From NCBI GenBank assembly GCA_934140155.1, contig CAKPBC010000001.1, positions 589,009 to 653,008 on the forward strand: a DNA stretch of 64,000 bases, read 5' to 3'. The DNA is from an uncultured Bacilli bacterium. Its GTDB lineage: Bacteria; Bacillota_I; Bacilli_A; RFN20; CAG-826. Under the pieces are notes generated by a model. It was not told the DNA's origin. It did no database searches and saw only the letters and a program-made list of their open reading frames with translations. The position numbers and the translations under genes are program-made. Positions 52,215 to 61,742 of this stretch are shown here, piece by piece (position 1 is the stretch's first letter; every line of letters starts with the position of its first letter).

Positions 52215-52995
52215 TATAACGATTAAAGAAATCAAAAGAACAAAAAAAGGTGTATTTTTAATATTATCGGATGATCAAGAAATAGAGATTTGTGATGATA
52301 TTATTTTAGATTTTTATTTATTTAAAGATAAAGAATTAAATGAGTCGATAATAAAAGAAATTAAGAAAAACGCTAATATGCAGAATACTTTGAAAAAAGC
52401 ATATGCAATGCTTGGGCGTGGGACATATACTAAAAACGAAATTAAGCGTAAATTGCTTCAAAAAAAATGCTCGCCTGCAGTAGTGGATCAAGTTATTGCT
52501 AAGTTACTAGCACTTCATTATATTGATGATGATCAATATGTAGAAGAATATGTTAGTAATGCTAAAGAAAAAGGTTTTGGACCAAATAAAATTAAATCAG
52601 TTTTAATTAGTAAAGGTATTACTGACCAAAGATTAATGAATATAAATTATAGTGATGAAGAAGAACTAGAAATTATAAAAAGACAAATTCCTAAATTAGA
52701 AAAAAAATATGTAAATTATAATTATCAAAGTAAATTACAACATATTTATGATAAATTAATAGCATTAGGATTTAATAAAGAAATTGTTCAAAATGCTTTA
52801 TCTAATGTCGAAGAAAAAGATGAAAATAAAGAACGAGAACTTTTAAAAAACGATTTATTAAAAGCTAAAAGAAAATACACTAAAGTAATAGATAAAAATG
52901 AACGAAATAAAAGAATAATATCTTATCTATATAAAAAAGGTTATAGTTATTATATAATAAGTGATGAGTTAAAGGATGATGAAAATGAAAATTAA
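52192..52995 (+). CDS. recX: RecX family regulatory protein
   Basis: Three-helix repeat pattern: YTKNEIKRKLLQKKCSPAVVDQVIAKLLALHYIDDDQYVEEYV ... GPNKIKSVLISKGI. GTG start 9 nt after GGAGG. Overlaps the GT4 end. Confidence 0.8.
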   Translation: MPLENTGNITIKEIKRTKKGVFLILSDDQEIEICDDIILDFYLFKDKELNESIIKEIKKNANMQNTLKKAYAMLGRGTYTKNEIKRKLLQKKCSPAVVDQVIAKLLALHYIDDDQYVEEYVSNAKEKGFGPNKIKSVLISKGITDQRLMNINYSDEEELEIIKRQIPKLEKKYVNYNYQSKLQHIYDKLIALGFNKEIVQNALSNVEEKDENKERELLKNDLLKAKRKYTKVIDKNERNKRIISYLYKKGYSYYIISDELKDDENEN

Positions 52996-53938
52996 AGATT
53001 TAGAAGAAAATAAAGAAATTGATGGCATTTATCTAATAAGTAATGTTACTCAAGGAGTTACTGGTACCGGAGCGCCTTATTTAAATATTACATTACAAGA
53101 TGCAACAGGAAATATTGAAGCTAAAAAATGGTCCGCTAGTGAGGCGGATATTGAGTTTTATAAAGTTCGTAAAATAGTTCATATCAGGGGTATGGTAATT
53201 TCTCATAATGGAAAATTACAAGTGAAAATTTTAAGTGAAAATGATGTTAATAACGAAGAAATTGATATACAAGGTTATGTGGCATCATCTCCAATATCAC
53301 AAGATATATTAATTAATGAATTTAAAACATATCAAAATATGATTAAGAATAAAGATATTCGTAGATTAGTGGATGCTTTAATTAATAAGTATTATAAAAG
53401 TTTTCTAGAACATCCTGCAGCCACGAGAAATCATCACGAGTATTGTTCGGGGTTGTTACAACATTCTGTATATTGCGCCAAATTATGTTTAGCTATTGCT
53501 AGCACTTATGATGATGTACCAGGAATTTTACCAATTGATAAAGATATTTTAATTGCAGGAGCGTTGCTTCATGATTTAGGTAAAATCAAAGAACTATCTG
53601 GACCTATCATTGCCGAATATACAGTAGAAGGACGATTATTAGGACATATTTCCATTATGAATGCCGAAATTAAAGAAATGGCGGATAAATTAAATATTGA
53701 AGGAGAAATACCACTTTTATTAGAACATATGATTCTTTCCCATCACGGACAACATGAGTTTGGTTCACCAGTATTACCAATGACAAAAGAAGCATTAATT
53801 TTAAGCATTGCTGATAATATTGATGCAAAACTTAATATGTTGGATAAAGAATTGAATAATGTCGAAGAAGGAACATTTACTACTAGAATATTTCCACTTG
53901 AGAATAGAAGTTTCTACCGTCCTAAAACAAAAAAATAA
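52985..53938 (+). CDS. yhaM: 3'-5' exoribonuclease YhaM (OB-fold + HD domain)
   Basis: OB-fold region YLNITLQDATGNIEAKKW and HD region AGALLHDLGK ... ILSHHG. Confidence 0.85.
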   Translation: MKIKDLEENKEIDGIYLISNVTQGVTGTGAPYLNITLQDATGNIEAKKWSASEADIEFYKVRKIVHIRGMVISHNGKLQVKILSENDVNNEEIDIQGYVASSPISQDILINEFKTYQNMIKNKDIRRLVDALINKYYKSFLEHPAATRNHHEYCSGLLQHSVYCAKLCLAIASTYDDVPGILPIDKDILIAGALLHDLGKIKELSGPIIAEYTVEGRLLGHISIMNAEIKEMADKLNIEGEIPLLLEHMILSHHGQHEFGSPVLPMTKEALILSIADNIDAKLNMLDKELNNVEEGTFTTRIFPLENRSFYRPKTKK

Positions 53939-53950
53939 CAAATTAATCAT

Positions 53951-53986
53951 AAAAAAAAACTCAGTTCATTGAACTGAATTTTTTTA
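53951..53986. terminator. bidirectional terminator between convergent yhaM and hit
   Basis: A9-C-TCAGTTC-ATT-GAACTGA-A-T7. Confidence 0.7.
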
Positions 53987-53990
53987 TAGA

Positions 53991-54410
53991 TTATTTTAAA
54001 TCTTCTTTGATTGAATTAGCGATGCTTGGTAATGACATTTGTTCAAGTAATTTGTTTTCTTTGAATTCAATAACAAGCCCATCACTATTTGCATATCTTG
54101 GTATAACATGAACGTGGAAATGCATAACTGTTTGACCCGCAGCGGGATAGCAATTGGTTAGAACGTTTACTCCTTTAGCGTGTAAATTTCTAATGATTGA
54201 TTGACCAATAGTTTGTGCCACGTTCATAACTTTGTTCATTATCTCTTTTGGCGTTGAAAGAAATGTGTCATAGTGTTCTTTTGGAACTACAAGTGTATGA
54301 CCTTTAGTAGTTTGCGATATATCAAGAAACGCTAAGACATCATCATCTTCATAAACTTTAACGCAAGGAATTTCTCCTTTAATTATTTTACAAAAAATAC
54401 ATTCATCCAT
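53991..54410 (-). CDS. HIT-family (Hint-like) nucleotide hydrolase
   Basis: CIFCKII start and histidine triad MHFHVHVIP. Confidence 0.9.
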   Translation of the reverse strand: MDECIFCKIIKGEIPCVKVYEDDDVLAFLDISQTTKGHTLVVPKEHYDTFLSTPKEIMNKVMNVAQTIGQSIIRNLHAKGVNVLTNCYPAAGQTVMHFHVHVIPRYANSDGLVIEFKENKLLEQMSLPSIANSIKEDLK

Positions 54411-54421
54411 ATTTAATTCCT

Positions 54422-54455
54422 CCTAGAAGAAAAGGAGACCAAACAAGTCTCCTTT
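54422..54455 (-). terminator. hairpin/terminator downstream of the lipoprotein operon
   Basis: AAAGGAGAC / GTCTCCTTT 9-bp stem with a 7-nt loop, U-rich on both sides. Confidence 0.5.
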
Positions 54456-54462
54456 AATTTTT

Positions 54463-56097
54463 TTATTTGTCAGCGTCTTCATCCCATACATCAGGATAAG
54501 TTGTTTTGAAGTATTTGTAAACAGCAGTATCATGGAATAAGATATTAGCTTCTTTTAAGTAATTAACTAAAGCTTTTTCTTTATAAGTATCACGACTTGC
54601 ATATTTAGTTGTCATTTCATCAACAACTTCTTCACGCATAGCTTCAGTGTATTGGTTTGCTTCACTGCTTGCGCCAGTTCTTAATTTTGATGAGTTGACA
54701 GCTTCTTCAATTTGAATAATGTAATATGTAGAAGTACCTTTATCATAAATTACACAATCCATATTTCCTTCAACACCATGTTCCACTGATGATGGTTTTA
54801 AATAATAAACACCATTAACATATTTAACATATTTATTATTTTCATTTTTAGCAACAATTTGTTCTTCTTGATAGCCATTTAAATTACTATAAGTATTATT
54901 AGCAATAGCGATATCAAATAAGCGACTTGTAATTGTAGAAGGAAGAGAAGTTGAATCGTTAGTTTTAACATACCAACCATCTTCATTTAAAGCTTTCTTT
55001 CTTAAAGAATTCTTTTCCATTTCCAAACCGGTTTCTTTTGCGTATGCGCCAGAACCTGTGAAAGCAGCTTCTTGAGTAGCATCAGATAACGCTTCTACTT
55101 TATTGATTTTGCTATAGTTTGTAGCAACATCACCAAATAATGTTTCAACATAATAAGTTCCAATATTTCCATCTGCAGAAGTGACTTTTTCAAATCCTGC
55201 TTCTTTTAATAAAACATTAATAGGATCACTTTCATCAGTTGGAAGATCAATACCTTTCCAAGCTTTTTCTAATATTGATAAATCTGCAGTAGCAGTGCTA
55301 TCATCAAGATATTTTACCACGAAAGCATGTACTAAGTTAGCAGCGGCTTCTGGGTGAGTTTCACTTTCACTAATAGCAACATAATTAATTTTACGTCCAG
55401 CAGCACGACCAAGTGAATCAGCTTCTTTATCTTTGATATACTTTTCAACTAATAATTCACGATATACTTCTGGTAAATATGTATCTTCTTTATATTGTGC
55501 ATAAGAGTTAGATAATACATATTTTCCAACATTTGGTACATTGTCATCAGGAGTATAAGCAGTTCCATCTTCTTTAAATCCGCCTTCATACAAGTGATCT
55601 AAAGAATCATTTAAGAAGACATAGTCGTTATGATAAGAAGTGAAAGAATTACTAATAGAATAAGTCAATGATTGTTGAATTGTTTTAACGAATAATTCTT
55701 CATTAAATTTATTACGATAATCATAACTACCGCTAGAAATAGCAGAGTATAACTTTTTATCCATTCTAGCATTGATTTTTTGAACTAATTCTTTATCTTC
55801 TTCTTTGGTGGATTTTACTAATGCATCGTAATCACCAATTTCTTTTTTGGCGATTAAGTATAATGTTTCATTTAATACTTCAGAATTAATAGAACCATCA
55901 TCTAATAACTTGTCATAAACAAGAGTACGTAAGTTATTTGTTAATGCAGTAGCGTTTTTGTTATCAATGGTATCCCCACTAATAAGCCAATCATTGTTAT
56001 ATGAAGGTTTTGCTTTGATATCGCAACCTGCTAATAAAAGCATTGATGAAGCGAGAACAACGAGCAATTTCTTATTATTTCGTAACACTGCAAGCAC
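54463..56097 (-). CDS. large lipoprotein, function unknown
   Basis: Signal peptide with lipobox LLLAG-C. 544 aa. Start overlaps the upstream gene by 23 nt. Confidence 0.65.
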   Translation of the reverse strand: MLAVLRNNKKLLVVLASSMLLLAGCDIKAKPSYNNDWLISGDTIDNKNATALTNNLRTLVYDKLLDDGSINSEVLNETLYLIAKKEIGDYDALVKSTKEEDKELVQKINARMDKKLYSAISSGSYDYRNKFNEELFVKTIQQSLTYSISNSFTSYHNDYVFLNDSLDHLYEGGFKEDGTAYTPDDNVPNVGKYVLSNSYAQYKEDTYLPEVYRELLVEKYIKDKEADSLGRAAGRKINYVAISESETHPEAAANLVHAFVVKYLDDSTATADLSILEKAWKGIDLPTDESDPINVLLKEAGFEKVTSADGNIGTYYVETLFGDVATNYSKINKVEALSDATQEAAFTGSGAYAKETGLEMEKNSLRKKALNEDGWYVKTNDSTSLPSTITSRLFDIAIANNTYSNLNGYQEEQIVAKNENNKYVKYVNGVYYLKPSSVEHGVEGNMDCVIYDKGTSTYYIIQIEEAVNSSKLRTGASSEANQYTEAMREEVVDEMTTKYASRDTYKEKALVNYLKEANILFHDTAVYKYFKTTYPDVWDEDADK

Positions 56098-57862
56098 CGC
56101 CTTCCTTAATTAAGTTGTCAATTTCTTCTTTAGAAGTGGCAGCATTAATTGCTTTTGCACATCCAATGGATAATAAACGATTTTCTCTGTTTTGATCGAT
56201 TACTTGTAAACTATCAACAAATTCGTTCCAAGTCTTTTCCATACTATTTTGTTTTGTATATTCGTTATATAAACGAGTGTTAACAAGATATTGATTAATA
56301 GCGTTTTCTAATGTTAAGTATTCATATCCATCACGGACACCATTAACATATTTTGGAACTTCAACTTTAATTTCATCGTTAATTTTAAGATTAAGTTCTG
56401 TTTTTCCTTTTTCTAAATAATAAGTGAAGATTGAAGAATCAATTAAACTATCGTAATTTTTAACTGCAGTTTCAATTTTACTAGCACGTTGACGGTAGTC
56501 TTTGTTTTCTTGTCTATTAAAGTTAACATATGATGTACCAATGTCTTTGTCATAGTCTTCAGCTTTCTTAGTATAATCGTAATAGTTAGTTAATGAATCT
56601 GTGGATTCAATTAAGCCAGACTTTTCAGCAACAATGAAGAAAATACCTTGATAACCTGAATCACCATCACCAGAACCAGAACGAACAACTAAGATTGGTT
56701 GTGGGTTGCTAGCGCTTGTAGTACATAATGCATATTCACCATCTTCAAGTAATCCAGCAAGTGCAGGAACATCATTAGCATTCTTAAATGCTTTTTGTTC
56801 AACACCATTAATCACTTTGTTTTTTGTTGTAATTAATGAAACTTGATGTGAATTAAACAAGTTGTTGAAATAAATGTTTCTAGGATAGTAAGTGGCATCA
56901 TTATTGTTAATATTGATGTTTTCGCCTGTTGGAAGTTTTTCTTTAGAAGCAACTTTTTCCATATCTAAGATTTCTTGGAAATCAATCTTATAATCTTTTG
57001 ATGCTTTTTTAGATGAGAAATAGTCTTTAGCATTAGTTGGCATATGAATGCTATTCAAACGAGTTTCGTCAACATTACTTGCTTTGCCATTGAAAATAGA
57101 ATCAAAAGCATATAAGCCAAGTTTGAATTCATTAACATAGCCAGTATCTACTGTGACAATATCTCCTTCACCGAAGTTTGCAGCAGAACTTGAATCGCCT
57201 GATAAGCTTTGAGCAACAGAACCGAAAGTTTCATTGCCTCTAGCTAAACGTTTAACAGCACCAACAAGTTTTGTTGTTTCTGATTCAGTGATTTGACCCT
57301 TATAACCAGAGTCAGTAGAAGAAGCACTAACGTTGATTAAGATGTGACTAATGTGGTAAGGAACTTTTTGGTTGATGTATTCTTTTAATAAACCAAATGT
57401 GCCTTTGCCGCCATTGTCATCAAAATAATCATTACGGGCTTTTTCTTTTAGTTTTTCGTAGACGAATGAATCTTGTAGTTCGTCTAAATTTGCGACGCCA
57501 TTGCTTTGAAGAATTTTGTCGAGTTCGTCATCATAATTTGTTGCATTAGTTTTAGCATTAGATCTTGCTTCATCTTTTGCTTGACTAACACGTTGTTTTG
57601 CGTCTCTTGTGATTTCTGGTGTTTCTTTGATAGAAGCACGAATGATGACTTCTGAAATCGCATTATAGTAAGTAGAAATTCCGGTTGACTTAGTGATATA
57701 TTTGTTGAAAATATCATCAACGGTAATTCCATGTGCTACTTCGCTACCATTGTTAATAGTTAATATTGTACCCTCTTGTTTTTTTACAGGATCGCAAGCG
57801 GTAAGTGATAATCCACCAACCATAAATGCTACCATACCGAGTACAAGGTTACGTTTTTTCAT
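56075..57862 (-). CDS. PrsA-like lipoprotein with parvulin-type PPIase domain
   Basis: Lipobox LSLTA-C. Central VPYHISHILINV...GNETFGSVAQSLSGDSSSAANFGEGDIV...VNEFKLGLYA fits the parvulin pattern. AAGGAGG RBS. Confidence 0.7.
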   Translation of the reverse strand: MKKRNLVLGMVAFMVGGLSLTACDPVKKQEGTILTINNGSEVAHGITVDDIFNKYITKSTGISTYYNAISEVIIRASIKETPEITRDAKQRVSQAKDEARSNAKTNATNYDDELDKILQSNGVANLDELQDSFVYEKLKEKARNDYFDDNGGKGTFGLLKEYINQKVPYHISHILINVSASSTDSGYKGQITESETTKLVGAVKRLARGNETFGSVAQSLSGDSSSAANFGEGDIVTVDTGYVNEFKLGLYAFDSIFNGKASNVDETRLNSIHMPTNAKDYFSSKKASKDYKIDFQEILDMEKVASKEKLPTGENININNNDATYYPRNIYFNNLFNSHQVSLITTKNKVINGVEQKAFKNANDVPALAGLLEDGEYALCTTSASNPQPILVVRSGSGDGDSGYQGIFFIVAEKSGLIESTDSLTNYYDYTKKAEDYDKDIGTSYVNFNRQENKDYRQRASKIETAVKNYDSLIDSSIFTYYLEKGKTELNLKINDEIKVEVPKYVNGVRDGYEYLTLENAINQYLVNTRLYNEYTKQNSMEKTWNEFVDSLQVIDQNRENRLLSIGCAKAINAATSKEEIDNLIKEGGACSVTK

Positions 57863-57894
57863 AAATAGCCGTCCTCCTTATAAATATAGCATTG

Positions 57895-57910
57895 TTATTG
57901 TATACAATAA
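57895..57910. promoter_or_regulatory. perfect 16-bp palindrome TTATTGTATACAATAA in the divergent promoter region
   Basis: Seen directly. Lies 33 bp upstream of the PrsA-like gene start on the minus strand. Confidence 0.35.
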
Positions 57911-58070
57911 TGACTTACAATTCAAGTTTTTTCTTTTAAAAATGTATTTTTATAAAATACAGGGCGTATTATTGTTAATATTTGGGCTATTGGAATTAAA
58001 CTTTTCCAAAATGAGTTACCTTTTAAATTAACTTGCATAATATATCGTGAAAAACAAAGGAGGAAAGTTT

Positions 58071-58178
58071 ATGAATCCAAATTTAGGATACCAAAATGGT
58101 GGTTTCGGCGCCGCTTTTGCCTTCATTCTTGTTCTTTTCATTTTAATTGCTATTATTGGTTGCTTTGGTTGCTGCTAA
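58071..58178 (+). CDS. tiny TM protein (35 aa) with Cys-rich tail, YjcZ/'tiny_TM_bacill'-like
   Basis: MNPNLGYQNGGFGAAFAFILVLFILIAIIGCFGCC. AAAGGAGG RBS. Below the ORF-track cutoff. Confidence 0.55.
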   Translation: MNPNLGYQNGGFGAAFAFILVLFILIAIIGCFGCC

Positions 58179-58207
58179 TAAGGTAATTGCTTTGAGGAGG
58201 TGAACTT

Positions 58208-58297
58208 ATGAATAACAGTTATTTTGCAATAATCCTTGTATTATTTATTTTACTTGTCATCATCGGTTACGGATGCTGGACTGGTTGCGGTTGCTAG
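58208..58297 (+). CDS. tiny TM protein (29 aa) with Cys-rich tail, paralog of the preceding ORF
   Basis: MNNSYFAIILVLFILLVIIGYGCWTGCGC. GAGGAGG RBS. Shares the VLFIL..IIG core. Confidence 0.55.
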   Translation: MNNSYFAIILVLFILLVIIGYGCWTGCGC

Positions 58298-58304
58298 TTT
58301 AAGG

Positions 58305-58331
58305 GGCAAAGGAAACTTTGCCTTTTTTTTT
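58305..58331 (+). terminator. rho-independent terminator (GNRA tetraloop)
   Basis: GGCAAAG-GAAA-CTTTGCC followed by T9. Confidence 0.7.
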
Positions 58332-58426
58332 ATTGTTTTTTATCAAATTTTATCGTTTCCATTGTTAAGAAAATTAGAGTGGTGTAAAATAATTAAGATT
58401 TGTGAATCTTAGGAGAGTGACATTTT

Positions 58427-59254
58427 ATGCCAACTTTAGAAATTATTAATTTGCACGCTAATGTGGAAGGAAAAGAAATTCTAAAAGGAGTAAATTTAAA
58501 AGTATCAACTAACGAAACTGTAGCTTTATTAGGTCCTAATGGACATGGTAAATCAACATTGCTTGCTGTCATAATGGGCAATCCTCGTTATACAGTAACT
58601 GAAGGAAAAGTTTTGCTAGATGGACAAGATGTTTTAGCAATGTCTGTTGACCAAAGATCACGTGCTGGTATTTTCTTAGGAATGCAATATCCTAGTGAAG
58701 TTCCTGGAGTAATAAATGCTGATTTCTTAAAAGCAAGTATTAATGCTCATCGTGAAAAACCAGTAACATTATTTCAATTTTATCGTATGTTAGAGTCTAA
58801 TTCCAAAGAAATGAAAATATCAATGGATATGGCAAATCGTTCGTTAAATGAAGGGTTTTCTGGTGGAGAGAAAAAACGTAATGAAATTTTACAAATGCGT
58901 TTATTAAATCCAACAATTGCTATGCTTGATGAAATTGACTCTGGACTTGATGTTGATGCTTTACAAACTGTTTCCGAAGCTATTAGAAAACAACAAGAAT
59001 TAGGTACAGGATTTTTAGTTATTTCACACTATGCAAGACTATATGATTTAATTTCACCAACTCGTGTTGCAGTTATGGTTAATGGTAAAATCGCTGTTGA
59101 AGGTGGAAAAGAAATTATTAAGAAAATTGATACAACTGGTTATGAATGGATAAGAACTGAATTAGGAATTTCAATTGAAAAAGATGAACCTAATATGCGT
59201 GATGTATCAATCGGAAGTTGTGCAACGAAAGAGGTTGTTAAAAGTGGGAAATAA
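58427..59254 (+). CDS. sufC: Fe-S cluster assembly ATPase SufC
   Basis: Walker A GPNGHGKST, signature LNEGFSGGEKKR, Walker B IAMLDEIDSGLD. Confidence 0.95.
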   Translation: MPTLEIINLHANVEGKEILKGVNLKVSTNETVALLGPNGHGKSTLLAVIMGNPRYTVTEGKVLLDGQDVLAMSVDQRSRAGIFLGMQYPSEVPGVINADFLKASINAHREKPVTLFQFYRMLESNSKEMKISMDMANRSLNEGFSGGEKKRNEILQMRLLNPTIAMLDEIDSGLDVDALQTVSEAIRKQQELGTGFLVISHYARLYDLISPTRVAVMVNGKIAVEGGKEIIKKIDTTGYEWIRTELGISIEKDEPNMRDVSIGSCATKEVVKSGK

Positions 59255-60083
59255 TTTGCTAAAAAGTGATAACATTACAAGCAAATTAGTGGATGACATT
59301 TTTTATATCTCGATTAATTCTTCAAATGAAGAAAATTATTCAATTTTAACTTTAAAAGATATACCAAGCGAAAATATTGAAATTACTTGTAATGAATATG
59401 TGAAAGTAAAAATTTTAATTAATGAATTTGAAAACAAAAATGTAAAGTTTGTTTTAAAAAATAATGCATTTTTGAAACTAAATTTTTTGTCTTTGACTCA
59501 AAGTGCTTGTGGCAACTATTTATTTGATTTAGAAGAGTCATCTAATGCTTTTGTTGCTATGGCTGATTTAGTTAAAGGTAATGTGGGTTTTAATGCAACA
59601 TTTAATCTTTTAGGAGATAACGCTAATAGTGAATGGCATTTAGCTTCATTAGGCGCAGATAATGATAAAAAAGTATTTAGCATTAACTTCAATCATGTTG
59701 CTAAAAACACAACAGGAGTTATGTCTAATTATGGTGTTGTTGAAGATGAATCAATGATGCATTTTAAAGGCATTTCTCATATTAAAAACGGATCAATTAA
59801 ATCAAAAACACATCAATCAGCTAAAATTATGGTGTTTGATCCAAAATGTCACGCAAAAGCAAATCCAATTTTAAAAATTGATGAAAATGATATTGAAGCA
59901 AGCCATGCCGCAATTGTCGGAAAAGTAAATGATGAACATATGTTTTATCTATGTTCAAGAGGCATTAGTGAAAATGACGCTAAACAATTAATTACATTAG
60001 GATACTTAAAACCAATTACGAACTATTTTGAAGATCAAAAATATGTTCAAGAAATAGTTGATGGCATTGAAAAGAGGTTATAA
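59244..60083 (+). CDS. sufD: Fe-S cluster assembly protein SufD (short form)
   Basis: The C-terminal beta-helix region ...IEASHAAIVGKVNDEHMFYLCSRGISENDAKQLI matches the SufB/D family. GTG at 59244 sits 9 nt after AAAGAGG and overlaps the sufC end. Confidence 0.8.
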   Translation: MGNNLLKSDNITSKLVDDIFYISINSSNEENYSILTLKDIPSENIEITCNEYVKVKILINEFENKNVKFVLKNNAFLKLNFLSLTQSACGNYLFDLEESSNAFVAMADLVKGNVGFNATFNLLGDNANSEWHLASLGADNDKKVFSINFNHVAKNTTGVMSNYGVVEDESMMHFKGISHIKNGSIKSKTHQSAKIMVFDPKCHAKANPILKIDENDIEASHAAIVGKVNDEHMFYLCSRGISENDAKQLITLGYLKPITNYFEDQKYVQEIVDGIEKRL

Positions 60084-60085
60084 GT

Positions 60086-61309
60086 ATGATTGATTATCAA
60101 AAATGCTTAAAAGATTTCCCTATTTTAAATAAAACAATGCAAAATCATCGCCTTGTTTATTTAGATAATGCTGCGACTACTTTTAAACCAACAGTTGTGC
60201 TTGATTCGATAAAAGACTATTACGAAAATTATTGCGCAAATACACATCGTGGAGATTATGATATTGCTCATACTGCTGATGTGAAATATGACGAAGCACG
60301 TCAAATTGTTGCGGATTTTATTGGCGCTGATAAAAGCGAAGTTGTTTTTACTGCTGGGGCATCAATGTCATTGAATATGATTGCTTATGGTTATGCTAAA
60401 TTTTTACAATCAGGCGATGAAATTCTTATTACGGAAGCAGAACATGCCTCTAATGTCTTGCCTTGGTTTACTATTGCCAAAGAAAAAGGTTGTATTATCC
60501 GTTATATTCCTTTAACTGAAGAAGGAAGACTAACAATAGACAATGTTAAAAAAGCCATGACTGATAAAGTTAAAGTTATAGCGGTTGCCCAAGTTACTAA
60601 TGTTCTTGGCTTTATTGTTGATATTAAAAATATTGCTAAAATTGCTCATGAAAATGGTGCAATTTTAGTGTGTGATGGAGCACAAAGCATTCCACATTTT
60701 AAAGTTGATGTTAAAGATCTAGATTGTGATTTCCTAGCATTTTCCGGACATAAAATGTGTGGACCTACGGGCATTGGCGTTATGTATGGAAAATTTAACC
60801 TTTTAAAAAAAATGGAACCATTAATGTCTGGCGGCGGAATGAATGCTAGATTTAATATGTGTGGAGAAGTTAGTTTATTACTTCCACCTGCCAAATTTGA
60901 AGCTGGAACACAAAATATTGAAGGCGCAATTGGTTTAGCTAGCGCTATTAAATATTTAGAAAGTATTGGCATGGATAATATTGAAAACCATGAAAAAGAA
61001 CTAAGAAAATACGCTATTTCTAAATTGAAACAACTTGATAATGTTATCTTATATAACGAAAATGCAGAATCTGGTATTATCACCTTTAACATTAAAGACG
61101 TATTTGCCCAAGATGCTGCGACTTATTTTAATTCAAAAGGTATATGCGTACGTTCAGGACAACATTGTGCAAAAATTTTAATCGATTTTTTAGGCACAGT
61201 GGCCACTGTTCGTGCTAGTATATATTTCTACAATACAATAGAAGATATAGATGCTTTAGTTGAAGCATGTAAGAAAGCAGGTGACTTCCTCGATGCCTAT
61301 TTCAATTAG
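60086..61309 (+). CDS. sufS: cysteine desulfurase SufS (class V aminotransferase)
   Basis: YLDNAATT, HRG, PLP-lysine region FSGHKMCGPTGIG, active-site loop RSGQHCA. Confidence 0.93.
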   Translation: MIDYQKCLKDFPILNKTMQNHRLVYLDNAATTFKPTVVLDSIKDYYENYCANTHRGDYDIAHTADVKYDEARQIVADFIGADKSEVVFTAGASMSLNMIAYGYAKFLQSGDEILITEAEHASNVLPWFTIAKEKGCIIRYIPLTEEGRLTIDNVKKAMTDKVKVIAVAQVTNVLGFIVDIKNIAKIAHENGAILVCDGAQSIPHFKVDVKDLDCDFLAFSGHKMCGPTGIGVMYGKFNLLKKMEPLMSGGGMNARFNMCGEVSLLLPPAKFEAGTQNIEGAIGLASAIKYLESIGMDNIENHEKELRKYAISKLKQLDNVILYNENAESGIITFNIKDVFAQDAATYFNSKGICVRSGQHCAKILIDFLGTVATVRASIYFYNTIEDIDALVEACKKAGDFLDAYFN

Positions 61310-61742
61310 TCCTATGATGATGCGTCAAATTATTATGGATCATTATGAACATCCGCATAATAAACGCACACCAACTGATGATAGATATTTAAAAATCAAT
61401 ATGAATTCGGAATCATGTATTGATAACATTGATGTGTTTTTGCTTGTTGAAAATGGAATTGTTAAAGATTGCTGTTTTGATGGAATTGGTTGTACTATTT
61501 CTACGGCTTCTACATCAATTATGACCGATTTAGTTAAAGGCAAAACCATTGAAGAAGCAGAAAAAATAATTGATAACTACAAGAAGATGATTTCTGAAGA
61601 TAAGTTCGATGAAGAACTTTTAGATGAAGCAATTGTGTTTATGAACACTAGCAAACAAGCTAGCCGTATTAAATGTGCGACAATTGGCTGGAATGGTTTA
61701 AACGAATTATTAGAAGAAAGTAAAGGTGAGAAACATGAATAA
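61293..61742 (+). CDS. sufU: SufU (IscU-like zinc-dependent sulfur transferase)
   Basis: [14 protein letters not shown] start, [27 protein letters not shown] cysteine ligands. ATG at 61293 sits 8 nt after AGGTGA. Alternative ATGs at 61314-61320. Confidence 0.88.
   Translation: MPISISPMMMRQIIMDHYEHPHNKRTPTDDRYLKINMNSESCIDNIDVFLLVENGIVKDCCFDGIGCTISTASTSIMTDLVKGKTIEEAEKIIDNYKKMISEDKFDEELLDEAIVFMNTSKQASRIKCATIGWNGLNELLEESKGEKHE

Noticed and set aside
57693-58031. 112-aa plus-strand ORF spanning the PrsA-like gene start and the divergent intergenic region. Also 57484-57732 on the minus strand.
   Set aside because: It is antisense to the lipoprotein signal-peptide region and runs through promoter DNA. 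It has no RBS and gives a low-complexity product.
60646-61092. 148-aa minus-strand ORF inside sufS. Also 58393-58581, 61343-61549 and 61764-62033.
   Set aside because: All are antisense to highly conserved Suf coding sequence and are shadow ORFs.
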